Positions 52,292-61,697 of a stretch of DNA of 64,000 nucleotides are shown here, piece after piece. The stretch's first letter is position 1, and every line of letters starts with the position of its first letter. The stretch is from Candidatus Acidiferrales bacterium. Its GTDB lineage: Bacteria; Acidobacteriota; Terriglobia; Acidiferrales; UBA7541. The stretch spans positions 16,192 to 80,191 of the forward strand of contig DATNKL010000010.1 of NCBI GenBank assembly GCA_035603415.1, in the 5' to 3' direction. The position numbers were made by a program, and so were the translations under genes. A model generated the notes under the pieces. It made no database searches. It saw only the letters and a list, made by a program, of their open reading frames with translations, and was not told where the DNA came from.

Positions 52292-53578
52292 CTAGCGCAA
52301 GTATCCCCAGGTGTGCAGACGATCGGTGTCTTCGACCCAGCGGTCGCCGATATCAGTGCGGTAATACATGTTGGGAATGAGTACGTTTTTGATTCGAGAA
52401 TAAACTTGCGACTGAGCCTGCCGCATGGTCGGCCCCATGCCGATGACGATCAAGATCACCCCTGAAGTTCCCGCGACGAGCCATTGGCCGTTCACTTGTT
52501 TTACATCCTCGATGTGAATTTCATCCTGCGGGGGTTTTTTGAAGACGATCACGGAATTTTTAGAGAAAGAGTCGAACGTTTCATCGTCGTCAAACGGAAA
52601 TGGAGGCACTACAATGCGCACGCCAATTTGAAACCCGCTGCGCGTTTTTAGCTTGGGATCGTTGCCATCCGCCAGATCCAAAAAGAATTGTCCAATGGGT
52701 GTGAGCATGCCCGCCTGCTGGATGCTGATCGTGGGATATCCAAAACGCGAAGTGAACTCCAGCGGATAGATGCCGTGATTGTTCACGATGCAATTTACGT
52801 CGATGTATCCGACGTAGCCTTCCGAGGCCAGCACCTGCTCCATTTTCAACAGCGTTTGATTGAATAGTTGGTTGGGGCCGGTCCAGAACATCGACGTCCC
52901 CATTTCGCCGGTAGATGGCCCGATATCGCCGGGAAACAGTTTCTTGTGTTCGAAGTTAACGTTGATGGGATAAATGAAATTTTTACCGTTGAAAAAGCCG
53001 CCCACCGCTACTTCGACGCCCGAGACGCGCCGCTGCAACTGAAATACTTTGATCTCGTCGGATAAGGCCTTTTTGTACGCTTCCAACATACGAATTACAT
53101 CCTGGCCATCATCTTCTTCGCCCACGAACAGCCGGCGTTTGACGTTTTGCGCTTCTCCGCTAGGTTTAATTACGTAGCGGCCGGGATTTTGCGTCACGTG
53201 GTCCACGGCATCATCAAAGGATACGAATTCGCCATAAGGAATAATGTTCACACCGGCCTTTTTGAGTTCTTCCTGTCCGAAGGAGCGGTCGTCCTCCAGA
53301 CGATCCGAATAAGGCGTTCCGCCGATTACTTTCTTACCTTGTTGGCGAAGGGCTTGTGCTTTTTCGCCCTGGCCCAGGGTGTCGTCGAAGATCAGGATGT
53401 CGGCCCAGTCGACATCTTTCTCCCAGTCTTTGGACTTGGCGACAAAGCCGTCGCCAATGTCCCGCTCTTTTTTATCGCCGATGAAGTAGCGAACTTCATG
53501 ACCTTCTTTGGAGACTTGCCAGGCAATGTCGCTGATGAGTCCCGTCAGCGACACGAACAGAAAGTTTTTCTTTTCCAT
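52292..53578 (-). CDS. Non-canonical PurD-like ATP-grasp ligase
   Basis: RLE.DR.F, YVIKP, EHKKL..GD.GPSTGEMG, LEFTSRFG.P and YYRTDIG; lacks the N-terminal GSGGREHA motif of true PurD. Confidence 0.8.
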   Translation of the reverse strand: MEKKNFLFVSLTGLISDIAWQVSKEGHEVRYFIGDKKERDIGDGFVAKSKDWEKDVDWADILIFDDTLGQGEKAQALRQQGKKVIGGTPYSDRLEDDRSFGQEELKKAGVNIIPYGEFVSFDDAVDHVTQNPGRYVIKPSGEAQNVKRRLFVGEEDDGQDVIRMLEAYKKALSDEIKVFQLQRRVSGVEVAVGGFFNGKNFIYPINVNFEHKKLFPGDIGPSTGEMGTSMFWTGPNQLFNQTLLKMEQVLASEGYVGYIDVNCIVNNHGIYPLEFTSRFGYPTISIQQAGMLTPIGQFFLDLADGNDPKLKTRSGFQIGVRIVVPPFPFDDDETFDSFSKNSVIVFKKPPQDEIHIEDVKQVNGQWLVAGTSGVILIVIGMGPTMRQAQSQVYSRIKNVLIPNMYYRTDIGDRWVEDTDRLHTWGYLR

Positions 53579-53584
53579 TAGCTC

Positions 53585-53658
53585 CCCGAGATTTTATTAA
53601 GACCCGAAATCTTATAAAGGCCCGAAAATTCTATAAAGATAAGCTCAAAATTCTATAC
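53585..53658 (+). repeat. AT-rich imperfect 18-bp direct repeats, about 4 copies
   Basis: CCCGAGATTTTATTAAGA/CCCGAAATCTTATAAAGG/CCCGAAAATTCTATAAAGA/CTCAAAATTCTATAC starting at 53585, 53603, 53621 and 53644. Confidence 0.75.
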
Positions 53659-53677
53659 GACTCGCGTGGTGCGAAAT

Positions 53678-53695
53678 GTTAATGATGTATGACTT
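53678..53695 (-). promoter_or_regulatory. Pho-box-like site upstream of the PurD-like gene
   Basis: Minus strand AAGTCAT-ACAT-CATTAAC, with 7-4-7 spacing as in CTGTCAT-N4-CTGTMAY. Confidence 0.45.
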
Positions 53696-53818
53696 CGGGC
53701 TAGTGTTGGTTATCCACAGGTGGCCTCGTTTTACCCCGGAACAATGGTAAAACTCCGGGTTTTTTAGTATGGTTTTACTCCCTCAAGAGCCCAGGCCAGA
53801 GATCAGGAGTGAAACACT

Positions 53819-54094
53819 ATGCCGAATCCCGAATTAGAGAATGGCGCGCTGATTACCCGAGACGCCCACGTGGCGCTCGCCGAACTGAAGATACTTGTAG
53901 ATCGCACTGCAGAAAAACTTCGCATCGCCGAACGCGAAACTGTCGGCGTGGCCATCGGACGTGGCCAGGAGGAGAATCCGCTGCGTACACTGCAAGATGC
54001 GGCCGAAACTCTGCAATCACCAAGCTTCGAAGCTGCCGTGTCGCTCGCAAAAGAAAAGATGCAGAGCGCGCTCAACTGGCATCTGCGACTGTAG
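53819..54094 (+). CDS. Small helical hypothetical protein
   Basis: AGGAG RBS; 91 aa amphipathic sequence. Confidence 0.6.
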   Translation: MPNPELENGALITRDAHVALAELKILVDRTAEKLRIAERETVGVAIGRGQEENPLRTLQDAAETLQSPSFEAAVSLAKEKMQSALNWHLRL

Positions 54095-54213
54095 CGAGCA
54101 TAAAACTGCTGGTCGTGCCGAAAGAATCGGAAAGCAGACACCCGCCTGGGGAAGGTGTGGTCGTTTTCCTATTCTGAGGTGCGCAGAATGCAGTTATCAC
54201 CTATTCGTTGCCA

Positions 54214-55845
54214 TCAAAAAAGCTTCTTGAAGGCGAAAAACAAAAATCCTGACAACATCATGGCCATGGGCAACGTCAGCATCCATGCGAGTAACAAATT
54301 CCGCACCGTGCTCCACTGCAAGCCGGAGTGATTCGCCAGCATGGTTCCGGCCACGCCTGATGACAATACGTGGGTGGTACTGACAGGTAATCCGAGCCCA
54401 TCGGCAGCGCCGATGGTGGCCATCGCGGTTATTTCCGCGGCGGCGCCTTGTGCGTAGGTCAGGTGATTTTTTCCGATTTTTTCGCCTACTGTGACCACAA
54501 TGCGCTTCCATCCGACCATGGTGCCCAACCCCAGCGCCAAAGCCACCGCAACTTTTACCCATAGTGGAATGAAGCGCGTGGCTTTATCGATGTGGCCTTT
54601 GTAGTTCTTGAGGACGGCGACATCCGTGGCGCTCATTTCCGGCTTTTTAGATTTTTGCATCAAGCGAATGCCCTCGCTCATCAGGTACATGTCGTTGCGG
54701 AAGTTGCGCACTTGATCGTGCGGCACCGCGGACAATTGTTTGAAGATAGCCATTTCTGTGCCGATGCCATTGGCCAACTGGCGCATCGCCAGCATAGTGT
54801 TAGGCTTGAATTCTTTGGTGCGGATGTAGTCCGTGACATCCTCGCGGGGATCGCCGATGGAGCCGCTGTTTTGCACATATTTGCCCAAAGTGTCGGCCGC
54901 CTGTGTTGACACCGCGATGAAGTCTTGGGATTGTTGCGCGGTTACCGCGTGGTTCAACGCGTACGTGGTGGGGACAGTGCCGATGAGAATCAGCATGATC
55001 AAGCCCATGCCTTTTTGCCCATCGTTTGAACCATGAAAAAAGCTTACGCCAGTGCACGTCAAAATAAGTAATCCCCGAATCCAGAAAGGTGGCGGCTCTG
55101 TTCCTTGCGGCGCTTCATAAAGCCGCTTGTCCCTGATGACCGCCTTCATCACCAACAGCAGTGCCGCAGCCAAAGCAAATCCAAAAAGCGGGGAAAGCAA
55201 CAACGATTTTCCGATGTTGGCCGCCTGTCCCCAATCCACGCCGCTGGTCCCCGAGCGCGCCGACATCAATTGGTTCGCGATTCCGACGCCGATAATCGAA
55301 CCGATCAAGGTGTGCGAACTTGACGCCGGTAATCCCAGCCACCAGGTTCCAAGATTCCAGATGATGGCGGCAGTCAATAGCGCAAAAACCATGGCGAATC
55401 CCGCGCTGCTGCCAACCTGCAGAATGAGTTCGACGGGGAGCAATGACACGATTCCAAAGGCCACAATCCCAGAGGAAGCGACGACGCCGAAGAAATTCCA
55501 AAACCCGCTCCAGACCACCGCGACGTGCGGCTCCAAAGAATGGGTATAGATCACCGTCGCAACTGCATTGGCGGTGTCGTGAAAGCCGTTTACGAATTCA
55601 AATCCGAGTGCTACCAACAGAGCGACTCCCAGCAGGACGTAAGGCCACGCTGAACTCAGTCGTACGCCGGAAAGATCGCGCGCCATACTGGTTCCGATGT
55701 AAATCAACCCGGCGATCAGCACGCCGCCAAAAATCAGCATGCCAATCTTGCCGGGGCCTTTGGACATTTTTTCGTGCAGGGTGTGCCGCTCAGAAGCTGC
55801 CCCAACCACAACAGAAGGCCTGGCGTGTGCCGTCGCTGCGGACAT
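54214..55845 (-). CDS. pitA: PiT family inorganic phosphate transporter
   Basis: NGFHDTANAVAT, GLPASSSH, HGSNDGQKGMG and PVSTTH. Confidence 0.92.
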   Translation of the reverse strand: MSAATAHARPSVVVGAASERHTLHEKMSKGPGKIGMLIFGGVLIAGLIYIGTSMARDLSGVRLSSAWPYVLLGVALLVALGFEFVNGFHDTANAVATVIYTHSLEPHVAVVWSGFWNFFGVVASSGIVAFGIVSLLPVELILQVGSSAGFAMVFALLTAAIIWNLGTWWLGLPASSSHTLIGSIIGVGIANQLMSARSGTSGVDWGQAANIGKSLLLSPLFGFALAAALLLVMKAVIRDKRLYEAPQGTEPPPFWIRGLLILTCTGVSFFHGSNDGQKGMGLIMLILIGTVPTTYALNHAVTAQQSQDFIAVSTQAADTLGKYVQNSGSIGDPREDVTDYIRTKEFKPNTMLAMRQLANGIGTEMAIFKQLSAVPHDQVRNFRNDMYLMSEGIRLMQKSKKPEMSATDVAVLKNYKGHIDKATRFIPLWVKVAVALALGLGTMVGWKRIVVTVGEKIGKNHLTYAQGAAAEITAMATIGAADGLGLPVSTTHVLSSGVAGTMLANHSGLQWSTVRNLLLAWMLTLPMAMMLSGFLFFAFKKLF

Positions 55846-55925
55846 ATAGACCCTGCTTTCTATTGCCAGCTTCGAAGGAAAAACAAGGCGCTGGCACTCG
55901 AAGCGAGGGTTATATGGCAAGTTAT

Positions 55926-55943
55926 ATTACGGGCAGATGAACG
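55926..55943 (-). promoter_or_regulatory. Pho-box-like site upstream of pitA
   Basis: Minus strand CGTTCAT-CTGC-CCGTAAT; 15/18 identical to the site upstream of ppk1. Confidence 0.6.
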
Positions 55944-56028
55944 CTGCATTAGCATTCGTAATTGCCGCTTCGCAAGTTGATCGCGGAAGAAGAAAGACGC
56001 AGGCAACTTACCGTCTAGTCATAGAAGT

Positions 56029-58218
56029 TCACACATCAGAAGTGGCACCATCAACACCAGATTCCTGCTGGGGATGATCCGATGCGGTCATCCCTGGGGT
56101 TGTCTCGGCGTCTTCCGGGACCCGCGCCGCATGTGCTCGATGGGCGCCATCTGCGCTTTCCGCAACTCGCAATAATTGCTCCTGAGCGTTAATGGATAAT
56201 CCAGGTCGATTGGCGCGTAAGTGCAGATATGTGCCATCGGATCGCAGTAACCGCGACTTACAATTGTCCGTCAAATAGATCCCCAGAATTTCCGTACACA
56301 CCCGTTCGCGAATCGCAGAATCTTTCAGCGGAAACAATACTTCCACCCGCTCGTAAAGATTGCGCGGCATCCAATCGGCGCTTCCCAGATAAACGTCGGG
56401 CTTACCGCCGTTTTCAAAATAAAAAATTCGGCTGTGTTCGAGGAATCGGCCGACGATGCTACGAACACGGATGCGATTGCTCAGCCCGCGCAGCCCGGGT
56501 ACCAGTGCGCACTGTCCCCGCACGATGAGATCGATCTCTACACCGGCGCGGGAAGCGCGGTAAAGCGCCTGGATGAGCGGAGGATCCACCACCGCATTGA
56601 CCTTCACGATGATGCGTGCGGGCTTTCCACGACGAGCGTTGCGGGCCTCGCGGTCAATCAGCGCAATGCAGGATTTAGCCATGTCCACCGGAGCCAGCAT
56701 CAGCGGCTTATAGTTGGGCTGTTCCGCATACGCCGTCAAATAATTAAAAGTGTTGTGCACTGCCGCGGTGATCGCCTCGTCGTGCGTTAGCAGGCTCAGA
56801 TCGGTGTAGAACCGCGCAGTAGTGGGATTGTAATTACCAGTTCCCAGATGCGCATACCGCCGAATTTTTCCGTCGGGATCATTCCTTATTACCAGCGCAA
56901 GTTTCGCGTGAGTTTTTAGTCCCACCACTCCGTGAAATACCTGCACCCCGGCATCTTCCAGACTTCGAGCCCAGCGAATATTCGTCATTTCGTCGAAGCT
57001 GGCCTTTAGCTCCACCACCACGGTGACTTCCTTCTTACCTGCCGCCTCAATCAGCGCTCGTACGATCGGTGAATCCGAATTCGTTCGATAAAGAGTTTGC
57101 TTGATAGACAGGACACGCGGGTCGTTCGCAGCGGTGCGAATAAAATTCACCACCGTGTCGTACGATTCGTAAGGATGGTGCACCAGCACGTCCTGGCGGC
57201 GAATCGACTCGAAGGTACTGTCGGCGTCATGCCCTACCCGAATCTGTCGTGGAGAATAGGGAGGATATTTCAGGTCCGGCCGCCGTGTTTCGTCATAAAG
57301 ATGAATCAGACGCTGTAGATTCACGGGTCCGCGCACGCGAAATACCAACGACTCATCCAACTCAAATGTGGAAACCAGCCGGTCCACAATATCTGTGTGT
57401 GCTCCGGCCTCGATCTCGAGCCGCACCGCCTCGCCCTTGCGGCGGTGCGCTACCTGTGAATCGACGACTTCCAACAGGTTGCGAGTTTCTTCTTCCTCTA
57501 GGTATAGATTGCTGTTACGCGTAACGCGGAACGACGCGTGCGCCAGAATGTCATACCCGCGGTAGAGTCTGGCCGCGTGGCTGGAAATCACATCTTGCAG
57601 AAAAACATACTGAATGGCGTCATCGTCAGATGGAATGCGCAACAGCCGCGGCAGCGCTCGCGGAAGCGTAACTACTCCGAAATACGGCTTTCCATTTCCA
57701 GCGCGGCGCCTCCGCAGGATAAAGGCCACGCATAACGCTTTGTTCATTACCCGCGGAAACGGATGCGACGGATCCACCGTTACCGGCGTCAGCATTGGCA
57801 ATATGCGACGGTCGTAGAAGGTTTTCGCGGTCCGAGCTCCCTTGGCATCCAATTCGTGGAGCGATAAAACCCGGATCGATTGCTTGGCCAGAGCGGGAAG
57901 CAATTCTTCGTTCCAGCACTTGTACTGATCACGCACAAATACATGCATCGCCGCGGAGACTTTTTCGAGCTCTTCTTCGGCGGTCAGCCCATCGGCTCCG
58001 GTTGCGCGCGAGCCATGTTCGATGCGCTGGAGAAAACTGGAAACGCGAACTTCAACGAACTCATCCAGGTTGCTGGCGGTGATGGACAGAAATTTCACAC
58101 GCTCGAGCAGCGGATTATTTTTATCGCGGACCTCTTCGAGGACGCGCCGGTTAAACTCCAGCCATTGCAGGTGCCGATTAAAATAGTAACGAGGATCTTC
58201 CAGCGCGATTCGTTTCAT
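56029..58218 (-). CDS. ppk1: Polyphosphate kinase 1
   Basis: FNR.L.WLEFN.RVL, SNLDEF, HPFP, HHPYESY, IKQTLYRT, KTHAK, GTGNYN and SADWMPRN. Confidence 0.96.
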   Translation of the reverse strand: MKRIALEDPRYYFNRHLQWLEFNRRVLEEVRDKNNPLLERVKFLSITASNLDEFVEVRVSSFLQRIEHGSRATGADGLTAEEELEKVSAAMHVFVRDQYKCWNEELLPALAKQSIRVLSLHELDAKGARTAKTFYDRRILPMLTPVTVDPSHPFPRVMNKALCVAFILRRRRAGNGKPYFGVVTLPRALPRLLRIPSDDDAIQYVFLQDVISSHAARLYRGYDILAHASFRVTRNSNLYLEEEETRNLLEVVDSQVAHRRKGEAVRLEIEAGAHTDIVDRLVSTFELDESLVFRVRGPVNLQRLIHLYDETRRPDLKYPPYSPRQIRVGHDADSTFESIRRQDVLVHHPYESYDTVVNFIRTAANDPRVLSIKQTLYRTNSDSPIVRALIEAAGKKEVTVVVELKASFDEMTNIRWARSLEDAGVQVFHGVVGLKTHAKLALVIRNDPDGKIRRYAHLGTGNYNPTTARFYTDLSLLTHDEAITAAVHNTFNYLTAYAEQPNYKPLMLAPVDMAKSCIALIDREARNARRGKPARIIVKVNAVVDPPLIQALYRASRAGVEIDLIVRGQCALVPGLRGLSNRIRVRSIVGRFLEHSRIFYFENGGKPDVYLGSADWMPRNLYERVEVLFPLKDSAIRERVCTEILGIYLTDNCKSRLLRSDGTYLHLRANRPGLSINAQEQLLRVAESADGAHRAHAARVPEDAETTPGMTASDHPQQESGVDGATSDV

Positions 58219-58254
58219 AGAGTTTCAGGGAGTGGATATTCATACTGCAGGCGT

Positions 58255-58272
58255 GTTACGGAAAGATGAACG
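58255..58272 (-). promoter_or_regulatory. Pho-box-like site upstream of ppk1
   Basis: Minus strand CGTTCAT-CTTT-CCGTAAC, about 37 bp before the ATG. Confidence 0.6.
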
Positions 58273-58536
58273 AAACCGTTGCGAATGCTCCGCGGCCCTG
58301 TTGAGGTAGGCAGTGAACGTTCTATGCCCAATTGGAGTTTGCTGGCAATAGCAGCTATCGAAATGTTACCAACGGGAGGATTGCTGCATCATTTGTGTCG
58401 TGCAACTTAGAAGCGTACCATGCACAAACTAGGCCTTAGACCGGGGCTCAGGCGTAGCATGCTAGCGGCGATTTGCAAAATTGGAGCGATGTCTGAAAAT
58501 ATAGAGCCATCAATACCATGACAGCGGAGACAAACC

Positions 58537-59193
58537 ATGTTGCGAATAAATGACGAAGCGCCTAATTTCACAGCCGAAACTTCGCAGGGCACCATCAATT
58601 TCCACGAATGGATCGGCAACGGCTGGGCCATCCTGTTCTCGCACCCCAAGGACTTCACACCGGTGTGCACCACGGAACTGGGTTACATGGCCGGGCTGCA
58701 GCCGGAATTTGAGAAACGTAATTGCAAGATCATCGGCTTGAGCGTGGACCCCGTCAGCAGCCACAGCAAATGGGCCGTGGACATTGAAGAAACTCAGGGC
58801 CACAAAGTGAACTACCCGATGATCGGTGATCCCGAACTAAAGATTGCCAAGCTTTACAACATGCTGCCGGCGGAGAGCGGAGACAGTTCCACGGGACGCA
58901 CGGCCTCCGACAACGCCGCGGTGCGCACCGTCTTCATCGTGGGGCCGGACAAAAAGATCAAGCTGATGCTCAGCTATCCCATGACTACCGGCCGCAACTT
59001 CGATGAAGTGCTGCGCGTGCTGGATTCGATGCAACTCACTGCCAAGCATAAGGTGGCCACCCCGGTGAACTGGAAGCAGGGCGACGATGTGATCATCGTG
59101 ACCTCCGTTTCCGACGATGAGGCCAAGCAGAAATACCCCGGCGGATGGAAGGCGCCTAGGCCTTATCTGCGGATTATTCCGCAACCGAAATAG
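58537..59193 (+). CDS. 1-Cys peroxiredoxin (Prx6)
   Basis: FSHPKDFTPVCTTE, GRNFDE and ATPVNW. Confidence 0.93.
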   Translation: MLRINDEAPNFTAETSQGTINFHEWIGNGWAILFSHPKDFTPVCTTELGYMAGLQPEFEKRNCKIIGLSVDPVSSHSKWAVDIEETQGHKVNYPMIGDPELKIAKLYNMLPAESGDSSTGRTASDNAAVRTVFIVGPDKKIKLMLSYPMTTGRNFDEVLRVLDSMQLTAKHKVATPVNWKQGDDVIIVTSVSDDEAKQKYPGGWKAPRPYLRIIPQPK

Positions 59194-59261
59194 GCGCCCG
59201 CAACATTCGCAAAAACGGCGCAAACAAGGCCCAAAAGAGGCCCAAAAGAGGATTGTGCAGC

Positions 59262-60665
59262 GTGCTCTTTAAGCAGTTTTATCTCTCGTGCCTGGCGCAC
59301 GCTTCGTACATTATCGGTGACGAGACCACCGCGACGGCTGCCGTCATCGACCCCCAGCGCGATACCGACCAATACATTGCGTTTGCTGCTGAGCACGCTC
59401 TCAAGATCAAACACGTATTTCTGACCCATCTGCACGCCGATTTCATCGCCGGGCATCTGGAGCTGCGCGACCGCGTAGGCGCTACGATTTATCTTGGCGC
59501 GGCTGCTAAAGCCGAGTACGCGTTCACCCCTCTTCACGACGGCGACATTCTGGAATTCGGGCGCGTTCGCCTGAAAGTTCTGGAGACGCCCGGCCACACT
59601 CCCGAGTCGATCTCCATAGTAGTTTATGACCTGAATGCCAGCGATACGCAGCCGCATGCCGTACTCACCGGGGACACTTTATTTATTGGCGACGTGGGCC
59701 GGCCCGACTTGCGCGCGGCGCTGGGCTGGACGGCCACCGAACTGGGCGGTCTCTTGTTTGACTCGCTGCACAACAAACTCATGGCGTTGCCGGACGGAAG
59801 CCTGATCTATCCCGCTCACGGCGCAGGTTCGCTGTGCGGGAAGGCCATCGGCAAGGAAACGGTATCGACGCTGGGAGAACAGCGGCGCCTGAACTACGCG
59901 CTGCAGCCCATGACCAAGGAAGCGTTCATCCAGGTGGTCACGGCTGACCAGCCGGAAGCGCCGGCGTATTTCACCTATGACGCCGTGCTGAACAGCGAAG
60001 AGCGGCCCACGCTAGACGAAGCGCTGGCCCGCGGGATGAATCCGCTGACGCTCGACACCGTGCTGGCCATGCAAGCCGATGGCGCGCAAATCCTCGACAC
60101 GCGTGACCCCGACGAATTTGCGGCTGCGCACTTGGCCGGCAGCATCAACATCGGCCTCAGCGGCCAGTACGCGACGTGGGTCGGAACGATGCTCGATCGA
60201 GCGCATCCGATCGTGATCATCGCCGACCCTGGTCGGGAGAACGAATCGGCCGTCCGGCTGGGTCGTATCGGCTTCGATCATGTAGCCGGATATTTGCAGA
60301 ATGGGTTGCGCAGCCTCGAATCCAGACCGGACAAGGTCGCCTTCACCGAGCGCCTCAGCGCGGCCTTCGCCGCGGAACTTTTCTCATCGAGCCAGCCGCC
60401 GCTCGGCATCGACGTCCGCACCCCGCACGAGCGTGAACAGAAACACATCGCCGGCACCTTGAGCATCCCGCTCAATCGCCTGATGAAAAATCTGGCGACG
60501 CTGCCGAAAGACCGTCCGCTACTGGTTTACTGTGCGGGCGGCTACCGATCATCTATTGCCGCCAGCTTATTGCAATCCGGCGGCTTTCATCCCGTCACCG
60601 AACTCGCTGGCGGTATCGCCGCCTGGGAAGCAGCCAAATTACCCATTCAGAGCGCTCCAGCCTAG
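59262..60665 (+). CDS. MBL-fold persulfide dioxygenase fused to two rhodanese domains (CstB-like)
   Basis: THLHADFIAGH, TPGHTPES, GDVGRPDL, PAHGAGSLCG and CAGGYRS. Confidence 0.88.
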   Translation: MLFKQFYLSCLAHASYIIGDETTATAAVIDPQRDTDQYIAFAAEHALKIKHVFLTHLHADFIAGHLELRDRVGATIYLGAAAKAEYAFTPLHDGDILEFGRVRLKVLETPGHTPESISIVVYDLNASDTQPHAVLTGDTLFIGDVGRPDLRAALGWTATELGGLLFDSLHNKLMALPDGSLIYPAHGAGSLCGKAIGKETVSTLGEQRRLNYALQPMTKEAFIQVVTADQPEAPAYFTYDAVLNSEERPTLDEALARGMNPLTLDTVLAMQADGAQILDTRDPDEFAAAHLAGSINIGLSGQYATWVGTMLDRAHPIVIIADPGRENESAVRLGRIGFDHVAGYLQNGLRSLESRPDKVAFTERLSAAFAAELFSSSQPPLGIDVRTPHEREQKHIAGTLSIPLNRLMKNLATLPKDRPLLVYCAGGYRSSIAASLLQSGGFHPVTELAGGIAAWEAAKLPIQSAPA

Positions 60666-60791
60666 AAAGCCACGACCCCTACGAGCCTATCAACGTACGA
60701 CCGCTGACAGCGCACTCACCGTATAACGGGGATCGACCCGGCAGTTCGCGAAATGCGCATAACCGGGGCAAGATAAAACTAGGGGAGAAAA

Positions 60792-61193
60792 TCAGGCGGG
60801 ATTCGCCGGTAGGTGGGCGCTAGCGCGCGCGGCAAATGTCGTATTGATGGACTCGACCAGATGAGCTATGCCGTCGGTCTTCGAGAGCACCAGGTCAACG
60901 CCCATGGAGGATATCGCGCTTTTGGGAATATTCTCGGAGTACATGGTGAACATGATGATGGTGACGCCAGGTATGGTCTTCTTCAGAATCGCGGCGGTCT
61001 GGACACCATTCATGTTGGGCATGGCCAAGTCCAGAAGAACGACGTCAGGTTTCAATTGCTTAGCCACTTCGATCGCTTCCACGCCGTTAATTGCTTCGCC
61101 GCAGATCTCGATTTCCGGGGCGTGTTTTAAGAACATGTGTATGAGGTCACGAACGTAAGTGTTGTCATCGACAATCAAAACCCGTTTCATCAT
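60792..61193 (-). CDS. Stand-alone response-regulator receiver (NarL-type REC)
   Basis: VLIVDD, PDVVLLDLAMP..NG, FT and K. Confidence 0.88.
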   Translation of the reverse strand: MMKRVLIVDDNTYVRDLIHMFLKHAPEIEICGEAINGVEAIEVAKQLKPDVVLLDLAMPNMNGVQTAAILKKTIPGVTIIMFTMYSENIPKSAISSMGVDLVLSKTDGIAHLVESINTTFAARASAHLPANPA

Positions 61194-61215
61194 GACACGA
61201 CAACTATCTGCCTCT

Positions 61216-61495
61216 GTCGTTGGGAGGAGAATACAGGGAATTCTGTAGAGTCAAACATGACGGGTCTTCACCGGTTCGTCCCCCGGCACAGAACGGGGAT
61301 CCGACGAGGGCAGCGGGGAGCACGAAGGACGCAGGCAAACTGCTCGACGCGAGGGTTGCGTCGCACGGGAAGGCCTTGTCTGACCAACCGGCCTTGAAGC
61401 CGTACTGGGGAAAACCCGCCGTACGGAATTTTAGGGAGGGCAATGGAAACGTCGGCATCATTCGAAGCCCGCTACACGCCATTGCTCTACCCGAC
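61216..61495 (+). mobile_element. ORF-less group II intron-like RNA element with intact domains V and VI; 5' boundary uncertain
   Basis: DV is AAGCCGTACTGGG-GAAA-ACCCGCCGTACGG (AGC triad, GNRA loop). DVI is GGGAGGGCAATGG...CCATTGCTCT-A-CCC with a bulged A, ending in ...CGAC. No RT ORF is present. Confidence 0.8.
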
Positions 61496-61546
61496 GCAAT
61501 CACGTGGAAAACTTGACCAAGGAAAGGGGCGCCGGAATCGAATGAG

Positions 61547-61678
61547 ATGACGTACGCCGATTACTGCAGGACGCTGCAAAGACAGTTGGAGACTATCGCG
61601 GAGTCCCAATTACGCGAGATGAGTTACGCGGACTGCGAGAAAGCGCACGAGAAGAAATTATCGAGCCAGGCTATGTAG
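61547..61678 (+). CDS. Possible 43-aa small protein
   Basis: MTYADYCRTLQRQLETIAESQLREMSYADCEKAHEKKLSSQAM; internal repeat MxYADxC. Confidence 0.3.
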   Translation: MTYADYCRTLQRQLETIAESQLREMSYADCEKAHEKKLSSQAM

Positions 61679-61697
61679 AATACAAAGGGGGTGCTAT

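Noticed and set aside
52292-53578. Assigning the symbol purD
   Set aside because: The N-terminal substrate-binding motifs are missing and there is no purine gene context.
53585-53658. CRISPR array or oriC
   Set aside because: The repeats are short, degenerate and lack spacers. There is no cas, dnaA or rep gene, and only one DnaA box.
61204-61516. ORFs 61220-61516 (+) and 61204-61503 (-)
   Set aside because: They are spurious translations of the structured intron-like RNA.
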